Of a stretch of 64,000 nt of DNA, positions 1 through 9,608 are shown in pieces; position 1 is the stretch's first letter, and every line of letters begins with the position of its first letter. The stretch is from contig OZ245020.1 of assembly GCA_965223865.1 (NCBI GenBank), positions 32,001 to 96,000 on the forward strand. Reading direction: 5' to 3'. The stretch comes from Nitrosarchaeum sp. GTDB taxonomy: Archaea > Thermoproteota > Nitrososphaeria > Nitrososphaerales > Nitrosopumilaceae. The translations under genes were made by a program, and so were the position numbers. A model generated the notes under the pieces. The model saw only the letters and a program-made list of their open reading frames with translations. It was not told where the DNA came from and searched no databases.

Positions 1-1
1 A

Positions 2-1249
2 ATTACAGATAGTATTCATGCCTTATTAGATAGTGTAGTTACCGTTGTACTGCTTTTAGCAGCAAGAATGGCAATAAAACCACCAGATGAGGAGCATACC
101 TATGGTCATGGAAAGGTCGAATCATTAGGAGGGTTGATTGGAGGAATCGCGATTTTTCTAATTGCGATATTTTTCATTTATGAGTCAATTCAAAGATTGC
201 AAAATCCACCACCAAATGTACTGCCAGGATTATTTGCTATGATTGGAGGCTTGTATACAATTGGCATTGATATTTTTAGAATAATTCTTTTGAGAAGATC
301 AATTAAAAAAATTGGAGGAAATACTCTCAAAGCTGATTTTTATCACGCGTTTATGGATTTAGGATCTACGCTCGTAGCGATTGTAGGAATTGTATTTGTA
401 ACCTATGGATTTTACAGTGGAGACTTTATCGCTGCATTAATTTTGGGTGTTGTGCTAGTAATTCTTAGTATAAAATTAGTGCATAAAACAGCGCAAGATC
501 TTACAGATATAATTTCACCTGACCTCGTTAAAAAAGTCAAAGTCATAGTTGCAAATACTGAAGGAGTAATAAACACTGAAGCAATTCTGATGAGAAGATC
601 TGGAGATACGATCTTTGCAGATATTACAATATCACTGAGAGGAGATACAAGTTTTGAAAATGCACATGAAGTAAGTAATAAAGTTGAAAACAACATCAAA
701 AATGAAATTTCAAATGCTGCAATTACAATTCATTTTGAACCAAATTGGAAGAATGTACCATTAGATGCAAAAATTTTTGATGTTGCAAAAGATATTGATG
801 GAGTTAGAGGAGTACACAATGTCAGCACACATAAAACAAAGGGTAAGACCTTTGCAAATCTACATGTCATGGTAGATAGAGAAATTAATCTATATTCTGC
901 TCACAAAATTTCTGAAACAGTTGAACAGAAAATTCAACAAAACATTCCAAAAATAGAACATGTAACAATTCATTTAGAACCTTTTGTAATGGTACCAGAA
1001 AATTTCAGCATTGAGGATAAAGAAACTGAAAATAAAATTCGTGGTATTTTAGAAAATTATCATGAAATAAAAAAAATTGGACGGATTGTTTCATTAAATT
1101 TTGAAAATATTCTCAAAATTGATATTGACTGTTCTTTTGACAAGGAATTATCAATAGAAAAAGTTCATGATTTAACTTCAAAGATAGAACATATAATCAG
1201 ATCAGAAATAAAAAATGCAGTTATTACAATACATCCAGAACCAATTTGA
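2..1249 (+). CDS. Cation diffusion facilitator (FieF/CzcD-type) transporter, 5'-partial, with three tandem C-terminal ZT_dimer-like domains
   Basis: Frame is open from base 2 (ITDSIHALLD...), so the gene starts before the window; motifs PPDEEHTYGHGKVE and HAFMD; three C-terminal units ending IHFEP, IHLEP and IHPEP. Confidence 0.9.
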   Translation: MTDSIHALLDSVVTVVLLLAARMAIKPPDEEHTYGHGKVESLGGLIGGIAIFLIAIFFIYESIQRLQNPPPNVLPGLFAMIGGLYTIGIDIFRIILLRRSIKKIGGNTLKADFYHAFMDLGSTLVAIVGIVFVTYGFYSGDFIAALILGVVLVILSIKLVHKTAQDLTDIISPDLVKKVKVIVANTEGVINTEAILMRRSGDTIFADITISLRGDTSFENAHEVSNKVENNIKNEISNAAITIHFEPNWKNVPLDAKIFDVAKDIDGVRGVHNVSTHKTKGKTFANLHVMVDREINLYSAHKISETVEQKIQQNIPKIEHVTIHLEPFVMVPENFSIEDKETENKIRGILENYHEIKKIGRIVSLNFENILKIDIDCSFDKELSIEKVHDLTSKIEHIIRSEIKNAVITIHPEPI

Positions 1250-1644
1250 TTATATCAAAATGCTGGTAAGATACATGATTAACATCCTAAAGCAAATCCA
1301 GATGCAACTGCGGCACTAGATAGATTTTTGTCTTCTCTTATCCACTTTAGAATAATTACAATTACTTGAAAAATAGCTCCTGCTCCAATAGATAGAAAAA
1401 TTACAGAGGAAAAGGGAGAATACATGAATCCTCCTAGCCATGCACCAAAAATTGCAGGGGCACCTGCTATCATTCCCATAGCAGCAAGTTTTCCAATCAT
1501 AGGTTTTCTTCTAGTCATTGGAGAAGCAATAGCAATACCCTCAGTAGTGTTATGCAATGCAAATCCTACAATAAGGAAGGTACTCAGTGCTACCTGACCA
1601 AGACCTACTGCGGTTCCTATTGCCAATCCTTCTCCAAAATTAGG
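1250..1644 (-). pseudogene. ZIP/GufA-family metal transporter remnant (C-terminal half only, frameshifted near the 3' end)
   Basis: NFGEGLAIG and ALHNTTEGIAI TM4/TM5 motifs; in-frame TAG at 1651-1653 upstream and no N-terminal half; adding 1 nt near 1285 restores the end GMLIMYLTSILI*. Confidence 0.8.
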
Positions 1645-1674
1645 TTTAAACTAAACATAATTATCAAAAAAATT

Positions 1675-2172
1675 GTGCAAAAATCTGGCATATTACTAAT
1701 AGTTGTTGGAGTATTAGTAGCAACAGGAATTGTATTATCATTTTATGGAAATCAGGTGATTTTTGAGGATTTAGCAAAAAAAGAAGGAGATGTAAGATTT
1801 GGCGAAAATTTAGAAGTTACAATTGAATTAGACCAATCAGAGAATAAAAAAGGAATTTACGCTATTCAAATTCTCAATTTTAAAGAAGGAGTATTTTCAG
1901 CAAGTGTTTATGACCCTTTGGGGATACAAATAGAATCTAGTTCAATTAATGAAGAGGTTTTTGAAGGGTCGTTTGATATTATTTCTTCAGGAACATACCA
2001 GTTAATTATTGAAAGTAATGTTCAAGAAGAAACTAGAATTTTGGGTGTTATTGGTCCTGAACCAGATGCGGGGGCAAAATCTCTAGGTTTCATTTCTCTG
2101 TATATTCTAATCATAGGAGTGATAGGAATGGCAGGAGTTGGAATTTATGCTATAAAGAGTAGACGCAAATAA
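1675..2172 (+). CDS. Hypothetical membrane protein (N- and C-terminal TM helices flanking a beta-rich domain)
   Basis: Track ORF 1552..2172; GTG at 1675 (MQKSG...) preferred because TATA-like GGTTTAAAC lies at 1643-1651 and the longer start overlaps the ZIP remnant. Confidence 0.7.
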   Translation: MQKSGILLIVVGVLVATGIVLSFYGNQVIFEDLAKKEGDVRFGENLEVTIELDQSENKKGIYAIQILNFKEGVFSASVYDPLGIQIESSSINEEVFEGSFDIISSGTYQLIIESNVQEETRILGVIGPEPDAGAKSLGFISLYILIIGVIGMAGVGIYAIKSRRK

Positions 2173-2484
2173 TTAGTTTAGGTAACTATCCATTTTTTCT
2201 AGATTGCTTATTGTTGAGTCAAAATTTTCACTGTTTTCAACAATTTGATTTAATTTTTGAGTATTTGCCGTAAGAACAAGGTTTCCATTTTCAGATGTTT
2301 GGTGAATAAAGTCATGATCTAATAAATAAGACAATCTTTCTAAAACCTCATTTTCAGAGATGGATGATTTTTCAGCTAGAAAAGAGCAATCCTTCGGACC
2401 ATCTTCTAGTTCTGCTAGAATTGATGAAGTTATAGAATCAAACATACAATCAACTACTTTTTCTCTATCGAAATCATTGGCCAT
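2173..2484 (-). CDS. Small winged-helix (ArsR-like) hypothetical protein
   Basis: FDSITSSILAEL...VLERLSYLLDHDFI wHTH-like pattern; likely start MANDFDRE at 2484. Confidence 0.6.
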   Translation of the reverse strand: MANDFDREKVVDCMFDSITSSILAELEDGPKDCSFLAEKSSISENEVLERLSYLLDHDFIHQTSENGNLVLTANTQKLNQIVENSENFDSTISNLEKMDSYLN

Positions 2485-2590
2485 TTTAAAAAAATATGTT
2501 ATACAAATAAAAAACTTTTTCAAAAAAATAACGATTTCACGATCTCATGAAAACTAATAAGATAATTAGTGAAATTCCATATTAAATAAT

Positions 2591-2743
2591 ATGCAGAAAT
2601 TATGTAGTAAGGACGTATCTGGAAAAGGGGAGCATTGTTACTGTATTAACATTGATGCTCAAAGTGGCATCAAAAAATGTTGTAGATGTAATCAATGGAA
2701 CCTACAGGGCCGAAATTGGACTGAAGATGCAGACTTTAGATAA
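2591..2743 (+). CDS. Cys-rich 50-aa microprotein (putative metal-binding), not in the ORF track
   Basis: Manual translation MQKLCSKDVSGKGEHCYCINIDAQSGIKKCCRCNQWNLQGRNWTEDADFR*; fills an otherwise empty intergenic gap. Confidence 0.55.
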   Translation: MQKLCSKDVSGKGEHCYCINIDAQSGIKKCCRCNQWNLQGRNWTEDADFR

Positions 2744-2853
2744 AATTGATACTCTAAGACGAGGGTTCATTCAAAGAAGAATATTTAGGAACAATGAAGG
2801 CTGATCGACGCCTAGCATGGTTTTTATCGGGGTAACTTTGAATTTTTGAATAC

Positions 2854-3408
2854 TTGAGTTCACAAGAATATAGACATATTGTTAGGATAGTAGGAAATGA
2901 TATTCCGGGAGCAAAGAAAGTTCTCATTGGTTTAACTCAAATTAAAGGCATAGGATATAATTTTGCCACTGCAATTTTAGATACTCTAAAAATTAACACC
3001 AATTCAAACATAGGATTTCTAACCGAATCAGATGTTCAAGCAATTGAAAAATTGATTACTGATCCTTCCTCTGGAAATTTCCCTATATGGTTCCTTAATA
3101 GAAGAAAAGATATTGAAACAGGTGCCGATATACACATGTTAACTTCGGACATTGATTTTACTCTAAGAAATGATATTGAACGCGAAAGAATTACCGCCAG
3201 TTGGAGAGGATATCGTCATCTAAATGGTCTTAAAGTTAGAGGACAAAGAACCAGAACGACAGGAAGAAAAGGCGGAGCAGTCGGAGTAGCTAAAGGAGGA
3301 AAAGCAGCACCTGCAAAAGCTGCAGCTCCTGCAGCAGTAGCAGCACCAACAGCAGCATCTCCTGAAGCTGAAGAAAAGAAAGAGACAATAGAGGAGAAAA
3401 AAGAATAG
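2854..3408 (+). CDS. rps13: 30S ribosomal protein S13 (uS13)
   Basis: IKGIG and [22 protein letters not shown] motifs; TTG start; Ala/Glu-rich tail. Confidence 0.97.
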   Translation: MSSQEYRHIVRIVGNDIPGAKKVLIGLTQIKGIGYNFATAILDTLKINTNSNIGFLTESDVQAIEKLITDPSSGNFPIWFLNRRKDIETGADIHMLTSDIDFTLRNDIERERITASWRGYRHLNGLKVRGQRTRTTGRKGGAVGVAKGGKAAPAKAAAPAAVAAPTAASPEAEEKKETIEEKKE

Positions 3409-3416
3409 GTGATTAG

Positions 3417-4019
3417 ATGGGAGATCCTAAATATTCACGTCGTGTTTGGAGAAAACCAAAGAGACCTCTAAATTACGAATTAAAAATGGAAGAATTAAAA
3501 ATTCTAGGAACTTTTGGATTAAGAACTAAAAGAGAGTTGTGGAAAGCACATACAGAATTATCACGTGTTAGACACCAAGCAAGATCATTACTAGCTTTAA
3601 GACAGGATGAAAGACAAGAAAAAGAACCAATTTTAATGAAATCCTTAGCAAGAATTGGATTAGTAAGTAGTGGTGCAACATTAGATGATGTGCTTAATTT
3701 ACAAGTCGATGATCTCCTTTCAAGAAGATTACAATCAATTGTATTGAAGAAGCTAGGATTCAAAACACCCTACCAAGCAAGGCAAGCAATTATTCATGGA
3801 CATATTATGATTAAAGATAGAAAAGTGGACATTCCATCATACGTTGTAACATTAGAGGAAGAGGAAGAAGTTCACTTTGCACCTGAATCGAAAATTCCAG
3901 AAATTCTAGAAAAGTCAAAATCATCTGATTCAGAGTCAAAACCAGAAGTGGAAGTTAGTGAAGCATCTGAAAAAGATACAGATGATACTTCTAAAGTTGA
4001 AAAATCTTCAACTGAGTAA
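3417..4019 (+). CDS. rps4: 30S ribosomal protein S4 (uS4)
   Basis: MGDPK, FGLRTKRELW, RRLQ and QARQAIIHGHI motifs. Confidence 0.97.
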   Translation: MGDPKYSRRVWRKPKRPLNYELKMEELKILGTFGLRTKRELWKAHTELSRVRHQARSLLALRQDERQEKEPILMKSLARIGLVSSGATLDDVLNLQVDDLLSRRLQSIVLKKLGFKTPYQARQAIIHGHIMIKDRKVDIPSYVVTLEEEEEVHFAPESKIPEILEKSKSSDSESKPEVEVSEASEKDTDDTSKVEKSSTE

Positions 4020-4122
4020 ATAATGGCAATATCCCCATTAGAAAATAACCAAAATTATTAACACTTGTTTGTTTGAATATCATTCTTATGGTCAGATTGA
4101 ATTAATAAAAATGGCTTATAAT

Positions 4123-5187
4123 TTACAATGAAGTAAAAAGTCGATGATATTCTTGTTCTGATAATTCCATAAAGCGGTCCGAATTATTTCCAGTTTTTAG
4201 CATTGATGCAATAATACTACCTCCTGCGCCAACTCCTTCTTTTGCAAATCCTTCTGAAAATGCTTTCAATCCCGAAAACTTTGAATTTTTTAGTCCTGGA
4301 TCAACTGCTATAGCAGGAATATCTGCAATTTCAGAAACAAGAGATTTGAAATTTGCACTTTTATCATTGATTATGTAAGAAGTAGTTCCAATAGCAGTGT
4401 TATTTTCATTGAAACCTATTTGTGAAGCAAATGCTAAAACAGCAGTCATTTGAGTACCGCCAGCTAACATTACTTTAGAAATTTCAGAAGCGGAACTCAG
4501 CATACCAGTAACAAAAGCAATCATAGGGTCACCCAGATTTGCTACAACATTGTAGGGTTGGTCTGAAGTTAATCTTTCTAAGGCAGAGTCAACAATTCTA
4601 TTTTTTAGATCTACTGGATTATTTGGAATGCTAGAGCTTACTTTAGCATTAAAGCCTAATCCCCTAAGGACTGCAAGTGCGGTTGTTGTTCCACCGGGTA
4701 AACTTTCACCAATTATCAGGCAATCAGTCATAGATGCCAAACTTCTACCCACAATTCTCCCGTAATCCACAGCTTGTGCAATTTGAGAATCATTCATGGC
4801 AGATTCTAAAGAGATGTTTTTTCCAGGGTTTAATCCAGTTTGGATAAAAGGTAATTGTGGAGAAATTTTACTTCCTGCATTTATTACCAGATGAGGAATG
4901 CTAGATGACTCTAGTGCTGTTTTTGTAAGGAGGGCAGGAGTGGGTTTTCCGTCAGGAGTCATGGGAATTTTGTTTATTGTTTTACAGTATCCATAGTGGA
5001 GATATTCAGCATCTCCAGGAGGGGTGAACTGAATAGAATTATTATCAGCACCTGCAAAGGTTATACCAGGAATCTCACAAGTTTGGGTATAAGATATAAC
5101 AAATGAAAATAAAAAATTTCCAGATTTTAATGAATCCATAAAATTGTGGGCCTTGTTGGTATTCCCAAACAATTCAAAATCATTCAA
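4123..5187 (-). CDS. cobT: Archaeal/cyanobacterial-type nicotinate-nucleotide:DMB phosphoribosyltransferase (CobT-like, UPF0284)
   Basis: IPGITFAG, PTPALLT, GESLPGGTTTA, LAGGTQM and KEGVGAGG motifs. Confidence 0.85.
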   Translation of the reverse strand: MNDFELFGNTNKAHNFMDSLKSGNFLFSFVISYTQTCEIPGITFAGADNNSIQFTPPGDAEYLHYGYCKTINKIPMTPDGKPTPALLTKTALESSSIPHLVINAGSKISPQLPFIQTGLNPGKNISLESAMNDSQIAQAVDYGRIVGRSLASMTDCLIIGESLPGGTTTALAVLRGLGFNAKVSSSIPNNPVDLKNRIVDSALERLTSDQPYNVVANLGDPMIAFVTGMLSSASEISKVMLAGGTQMTAVLAFASQIGFNENNTAIGTTSYIINDKSANFKSLVSEIADIPAIAVDPGLKNSKFSGLKAFSEGFAKEGVGAGGSIIASMLKTGNNSDRFMELSEQEYHRLFTSL

Positions 5188-5193
5188 GAAAAA

Positions 5194-5805
5194 TCACTGA
5201 CCCATCATTTCAATAAATTCTTTTTCAGTTCTTTTCTGCATTACAAGGTTTGTAATCTTTTCCTGTCCAATAGTCGAGGTTTCTACATGACCATAATTAT
5301 GACCCGGATACAAAACAAGATTGTCATCTAATGAATACAATACATCAAAAAGACTATGATAGAGTTCCTTTGCACTGCCTCCTGGAAGGTCAACTCTACC
5401 ACAATTTCCCACAAAAAGGGTATCACCAGAAAATATTTTTCCATCCCCTATTAGGCACATACTATCTTTTGAATGACCTGGAGTATGGTAAACAGTTAAT
5501 TTTGACGCTCCAAATTCAATTACATCACCATCTTTAACAGAAATATCATGTTTTAATTCAGAAGCCTCATGTTGAATAATTTTTGCATTTGTAGAATCAA
5601 CCATTCCTTCATTTCCCAATGTATGATCAAAATGATGATGAGTGTTTACTATGTATTTAATTTTAAGATCATTTCGTTTTATGATTAGTTCTATCTCAAT
5701 AAGATCCCAAGAGGGGTCAACAATGATTGCCTCTCCGGTTTTCTCATCTTCTACTACATAGGTAAAATTCTGCATGTTTCCTACTTGAATTTGATGGACT
5801 TTCAT
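5194..5805 (-). CDS. Metallo-beta-lactamase-fold hydrolase (glyoxalase II-like)
   Basis: THHHFDH, HTPGHS, FSGDTLF and YPGH motifs. Confidence 0.9.
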   Translation of the reverse strand: MKVHQIQVGNMQNFTYVVEDEKTGEAIIVDPSWDLIEIELIIKRNDLKIKYIVNTHHHFDHTLGNEGMVDSTNAKIIQHEASELKHDISVKDGDVIEFGASKLTVYHTPGHSKDSMCLIGDGKIFSGDTLFVGNCGRVDLPGGSAKELYHSLFDVLYSLDDNLVLYPGHNYGHVETSTIGQEKITNLVMQKRTEKEFIEMMGQ

Positions 5806-6449
5806 AGAATTCCCTCTTCTGCTTCAGGGGGAATGCCTATCTTTTCTGCAAATAATTCTCCAGTCAAATCTTTTCTTTTAGGAATACCCTGTTTCATTTT
5901 GTGAAATGTTACGGTCATATCGGATTTTACAAATATGTTTGCAGTTTCTCCAGTTTGAGGATCTAGACCAGAGGGAACGTCAACTGCAAACTTGAAGCAA
6001 TTGGTATCATTGATGTAATTTATGGCAGAAGCATAAGGTTCTCTTATTTCTCCAGATATTCCTGTTCCTAGAATCCCATCAACAATAATATCTGGAGTAA
6101 AACCAAATTCAAGATTACTGCCTGAAAGCAACTTTACAGATGGCATCTTTTTTAGAATTGTCCAATTCCAATTGCTTTCTTCAGTTTTGATATTATTTGG
6201 AGATCCCAAAAGCATTACTGTTACGTTGGAATTGTATCCAGCTAGGTGTCTTGCCATGACTAATCCATCACCACCATTATTACCCATTCCAACAAAAATC
6301 AGAATGTTTTTTGATTCAACATTTCCTATTTTTTCAACTAATCTTCGTACAGCTGCTGCTCCTGCATTTTCCATCATGAATTTTTTTAAAAAGCCCATAT
6401 CATGACCTTTATTTTCAATTTGGTACATTTGATCTACTGTAATTTCCAT
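5802..6449 (-). CDS. nnrE: NAD(P)H-hydrate epimerase (YjeF N-terminal domain)
   Basis: MMENAG, GMGNNGGDG, DGILGTG and AVDVPSG motifs. Confidence 0.92.
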   Translation of the reverse strand: MEITVDQMYQIENKGHDMGFLKKFMMENAGAAAVRRLVEKIGNVESKNILIFVGMGNNGGDGLVMARHLAGYNSNVTVMLLGSPNNIKTEESNWNWTILKKMPSVKLLSGSNLEFGFTPDIIVDGILGTGISGEIREPYASAINYINDTNCFKFAVDVPSGLDPQTGETANIFVKSDMTVTFHKMKQGIPKRKDLTGELFAEKIGIPPEAEEGIL

Positions 6450-6728
6450 AATTTACAGAAATATTGTACCAAAATAAGAGCTTTGAGAATAAAGTTTAGG
6501 CATAAAACAAGAACAGGTATTAAAAAATAAATTAATCTAAAAATTTAATGCATGAATATTTTTTCCAGATAAAATTGTGATGCTACAATGATGAATCCGA
6601 AAGATGAATTTCATAGTAATTACTTTTCAAATAGTTACCAGCATAAATAATTCTATTTTGTAAAACAGTATTTGTTTTGCCTCTGAAATTTTCCAAACGG
6701 CTTTATCCTAGTTTTTACATTGCGAATT

Positions 6729-7343
6729 ATGCCGTTAAAAAATATTAGACTTTCATTAAATAGAATCTCAAAATCATTATCAGAAGAACAAGATTCAAGA
6801 GAGTTTTTGTTAAAAAATACTAGAGAAGTTATCATCCTTTGTAGTAGATCGATTATTTCAGTACATAAAGAAGATATAAAATCTGCAAAAAATAGTCTAA
6901 ATCAAGCAAGAATTTTACTAAAAAAATATCAGAAAAAAGCAAAAGGAGATCTTAGAAGATACATTGTTACACCAGAACAAGAATTTGTTGAAGCAGCATG
7001 TCTTGTTGCAATAGTAGAAAAAAAAGAAATTCCTACTGATAAAAAATTGAGGGTATTGCCAGAGTCATATATTCTTGGATTACTTGACTTAATAGGAGAA
7101 TTAAAAAGAATGATTTTTGATAAAATTAGAATTGGAGACATTAATGAGGCCACAAAGATTTTTGAAATTATGGAAAATTTGTATCTGCATTTGTATCCTT
7201 TTTCAATGTATGACAAAGTTGTCAAAGAAGTTAGAAAAAAAATCGACGTTGCCCGTATCCTAGTTGATAATGTAAGGGGTGCGATTACAGAAGAAAAAAG
7301 ACGTACTGATCTAATTAAAGAACTAAATAAATTACAAAAGTAA
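6729..7343 (+). CDS. Translin/Trax (C3PO-like) family protein
   Basis: EQEFVEA and YILGLLDLIGELKR motifs and VRKKIDVAR C-terminal helix, typical of archaeal translin homologues. Confidence 0.8.
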   Translation: MPLKNIRLSLNRISKSLSEEQDSREFLLKNTREVIILCSRSIISVHKEDIKSAKNSLNQARILLKKYQKKAKGDLRRYIVTPEQEFVEAACLVAIVEKKEIPTDKKLRVLPESYILGLLDLIGELKRMIFDKIRIGDINEATKIFEIMENLYLHLYPFSMYDKVVKEVRKKIDVARILVDNVRGAITEEKRRTDLIKELNKLQK

Positions 7344-7363
7344 AGAAATTTTTTGAATTTGTA

Positions 7364-7448
7364 TGCGGGCGATGGGATTTGAACCCACGAACTCCTGAGA
7401 GACTAGCCCCTCAAGCTAGCGCCTTTGGCCAGGCTGGGCGACGCCCGC
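7364..7448 (-). tRNA. tRNA-Leu(GAG)
   Basis: GCGGGCG acceptor; CTAGC-TT GAG GG-GCTAG anticodon arm; long variable arm; GGGTTCAAATCCC T arm. Confidence 0.95.
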
Positions 7449-7468
7449 AACAAAATTTCCTTGTATGG

Positions 7469-7478
7469 TTTTTATAAT
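7469..7478 (+). promoter_or_regulatory. Putative TATA box of the rpoN superoperon
   Basis: TTTTTATAAT about 25-30 nt upstream of ATG 7501. Confidence 0.5.
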
Positions 7479-7500
7479 CCTTGATTACCTTTTCGCTTGT

Positions 7501-7737
7501 ATGTTAATTCCTGTAAGATGTTTTACTTGCGGAAATCTAATTGCAGATAAGTATGATGATTATCAAAATAAAGTAAGATCAGGAGAGGATCCTGCAAAAG
7601 TTCTAGATAGTTTAGGAATTAAGAGATATTGTTGTAGGAGAATGTTGTTGACATCACTTGAAACAATCCAACAAATAATTCCGTTTTACGAAGCAATACA
7701 GAGAAGACATCAAGAAGTTCAATCTGAGCTAGAGTAA
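7501..7737 (+). CDS. rpoN: DNA-directed RNA polymerase subunit N (Rpo10)
   Basis: MLIPVRCFTCG...RYCCRRM. Confidence 0.97.
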   Translation: MLIPVRCFTCGNLIADKYDDYQNKVRSGEDPAKVLDSLGIKRYCCRRMLLTSLETIQQIIPFYEAIQRRHQEVQSELE

Positions 7738-7738
7738 C

Positions 7739-8977
7739 TTGTCTAAAATTACTTCAATCAAGGGACGTGTTCTTTACAATAGTAGAGGAAGTAAAACAAT
7801 TGAAGTCGACATTATTTCAGACAATCAATTTTTAGGTAGAGTTTGTGCCCCTTCAGGCGCCAGTGTTGGAAAGTATGAAGCAGTGAGCTTTCCTAATGGA
7901 AAACCAGAGGAGGGTTTGAGAATATTAAATGAAAATTCTCAGAAATTTATTGGATTAGAATCATCAGATTTAAAGACAATTCATGATACATTGAAAAGTC
8001 TTGATAAATCCTCAAACTATTCTGAAATTGGGGGAGCACTTGCATTTGCTGTTACCATTGCATCAATCGAATCAGCCTCAAAAGCTTTGAATCAACCAAT
8101 GTTTCAAACGTTATCTTCTGAATCATCATTCAGATTCCCATTTCCTCTTGGAAATATTTTAGGAGGAGGTGCACATGCAGGTCCTGGAACTCCAGACATT
8201 CAAGAAATTTTAATTTGTGCTACAGGTTCAAAATCAATTAGAGAGGCAATTGAGACAAATTTGTTAGTTCACAAAGAATTACGTAGTGTATTAGAAAAAG
8301 AAGATCCCAATTTTACAAATGGTAGAGGAGATGAGGGTGGTTGGGCTCCAAAGTTGGAAAATGAGAAAGCATTAGAACTATCTGCAAAAGCTTGTGAGAA
8401 TTTAGGATTCACATTAGGAAAAGAAGTTTCATTAGGAGTAGATTTTGCATCGTCAACACAATGGAATGAAGAAAAACAAAAGTATGTTTATGATAGAGCC
8501 GGATTTGAAAATTCCCCACAGCAACAAATAGAATTTGCTGCAAATATTATTGAAAAATATAAGCTGATTTACGCCGAAGATGCTGTTCATGAAGAGGCAT
8601 TTGCAGATATGGCAGAACTCACTGCAAAATTCCCACAAACACTAGTAACAGGAGATGATCTCACAGTAACTAACAAAAATATTCTAGCAAATGCAATAGA
8701 ATCAAAATCTTGTAATGCTGCAATTCTTAAAGTAAACCAAGCCGGTAGTCTTTACGATGCGTTAGAATTTGCTAATTTGGCAAATCAAAATAATATTAGA
8801 TTAATCACTTCCCACAGATCAGGAGAATCCTCAGATTCCCATATTTCTCATATTGGCCTAGCTACAAAGTCAAAAATGCTCAAAGTTGGGGTTGTTGGTG
8901 GCGAAAGAGTGGCAAAATTAAATGAGCTTATACGCCTATCAGAGCATGATTTAATACGCGGTATGATTGAGATTTAA
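7739..8977 (+). CDS. eno: Enolase
   Basis: NSRG, APSGAS, GDEGG, LKVNQ and SHRSGE motifs. Confidence 0.95.
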   Translation: MSKITSIKGRVLYNSRGSKTIEVDIISDNQFLGRVCAPSGASVGKYEAVSFPNGKPEEGLRILNENSQKFIGLESSDLKTIHDTLKSLDKSSNYSEIGGALAFAVTIASIESASKALNQPMFQTLSSESSFRFPFPLGNILGGGAHAGPGTPDIQEILICATGSKSIREAIETNLLVHKELRSVLEKEDPNFTNGRGDEGGWAPKLENEKALELSAKACENLGFTLGKEVSLGVDFASSTQWNEEKQKYVYDRAGFENSPQQQIEFAANIIEKYKLIYAEDAVHEEAFADMAELTAKFPQTLVTGDDLTVTNKNILANAIESKSCNAAILKVNQAGSLYDALEFANLANQNNIRLITSHRSGESSDSHISHIGLATKSKMLKVGVVGGERVAKLNELIRLSEHDLIRGMIEI

Positions 8978-8984
8978 AATCGCT

Positions 8985-9608
8985 ATGAGCCAACAAGTAG
9001 AAACACCAGACATCAAAAAGAAGATTTTATCCACTGGGATCAGAGTTGGAACTCAGGTAAAAACAAAATTCATGAAACCGTTCATAACAAAGGCAAGTCC
9101 CGAAGGACTTTACATGCTTGATTTAGACATTACGTTAGAAAAAATTCAAACTGCTGCAAAATTCATCAACAGACTAGGTACAGATAAACTCATTGTATGT
9201 TCGGCAAGACAATACGCAAATACCCCAATTGAGAAATTTTGTGAAGTTTTAGACTCAAAGAAATTACTTGGCAGATTCATGCCAGGTACTCTTACAAATC
9301 CATCATTACCATATTACATTGAACCAAAACTGGTCTTAATTTCTGACCCCCAGGTAGATGAGCAAGCAGTTATGGAGGCCACAAATGCAGGTATTCCTGT
9401 TATTGGAATTGCAAATACTGATAACATCACATCAAAACTTGATTTGATTATTCCGGCAAATAACAGAGGAAGAAAAGCACTTGCCACAGTTTATTGGTTA
9501 TTAGTTCGTCAAATCCTCATAGAAAAAGGAAAACTCAGAGAAGACGAGCAGATGAAATATGAAATCGATGATTTTGAGACAAAAATAACGGAAGAGGAAA
9601 TAGAATAA
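8985..9608 (+). CDS. rps2: 30S ribosomal protein S2 (uS2)
   Basis: GRFMPGTLTNP and IPANNRGRKAL motifs; likely start ATG 8985. Confidence 0.97.
   Translation: MSQQVETPDIKKKILSTGIRVGTQVKTKFMKPFITKASPEGLYMLDLDITLEKIQTAAKFINRLGTDKLIVCSARQYANTPIEKFCEVLDSKKLLGRFMPGTLTNPSLPYYIEPKLVLISDPQVDEQAVMEATNAGIPVIGIANTDNITSKLDLIIPANNRGRKALATVYWLLVRQILIEKGKLREDEQMKYEIDDFETKITEEEIE

Noticed and set aside
1552-1674. Cys-containing N-terminal extension of ORF 1552..2172
   Set aside because: It is the antisense reading of the ZIP remnant; the GTG at 1675 has a TATA box
2727-2804. 25-aa ORF MQTLDKIDTLRRGF... overlapping the end of the Cys-rich ORF
   Set aside because: Too short and without supporting signals
6588-6686. 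Possible C/D-box sRNA (ATGATGA ... CTGA)
   Set aside because: Boxes are about 90 nt apart, with no clear D'/C' boxes or guide, in very AT-rich sequence where chance matches are likely
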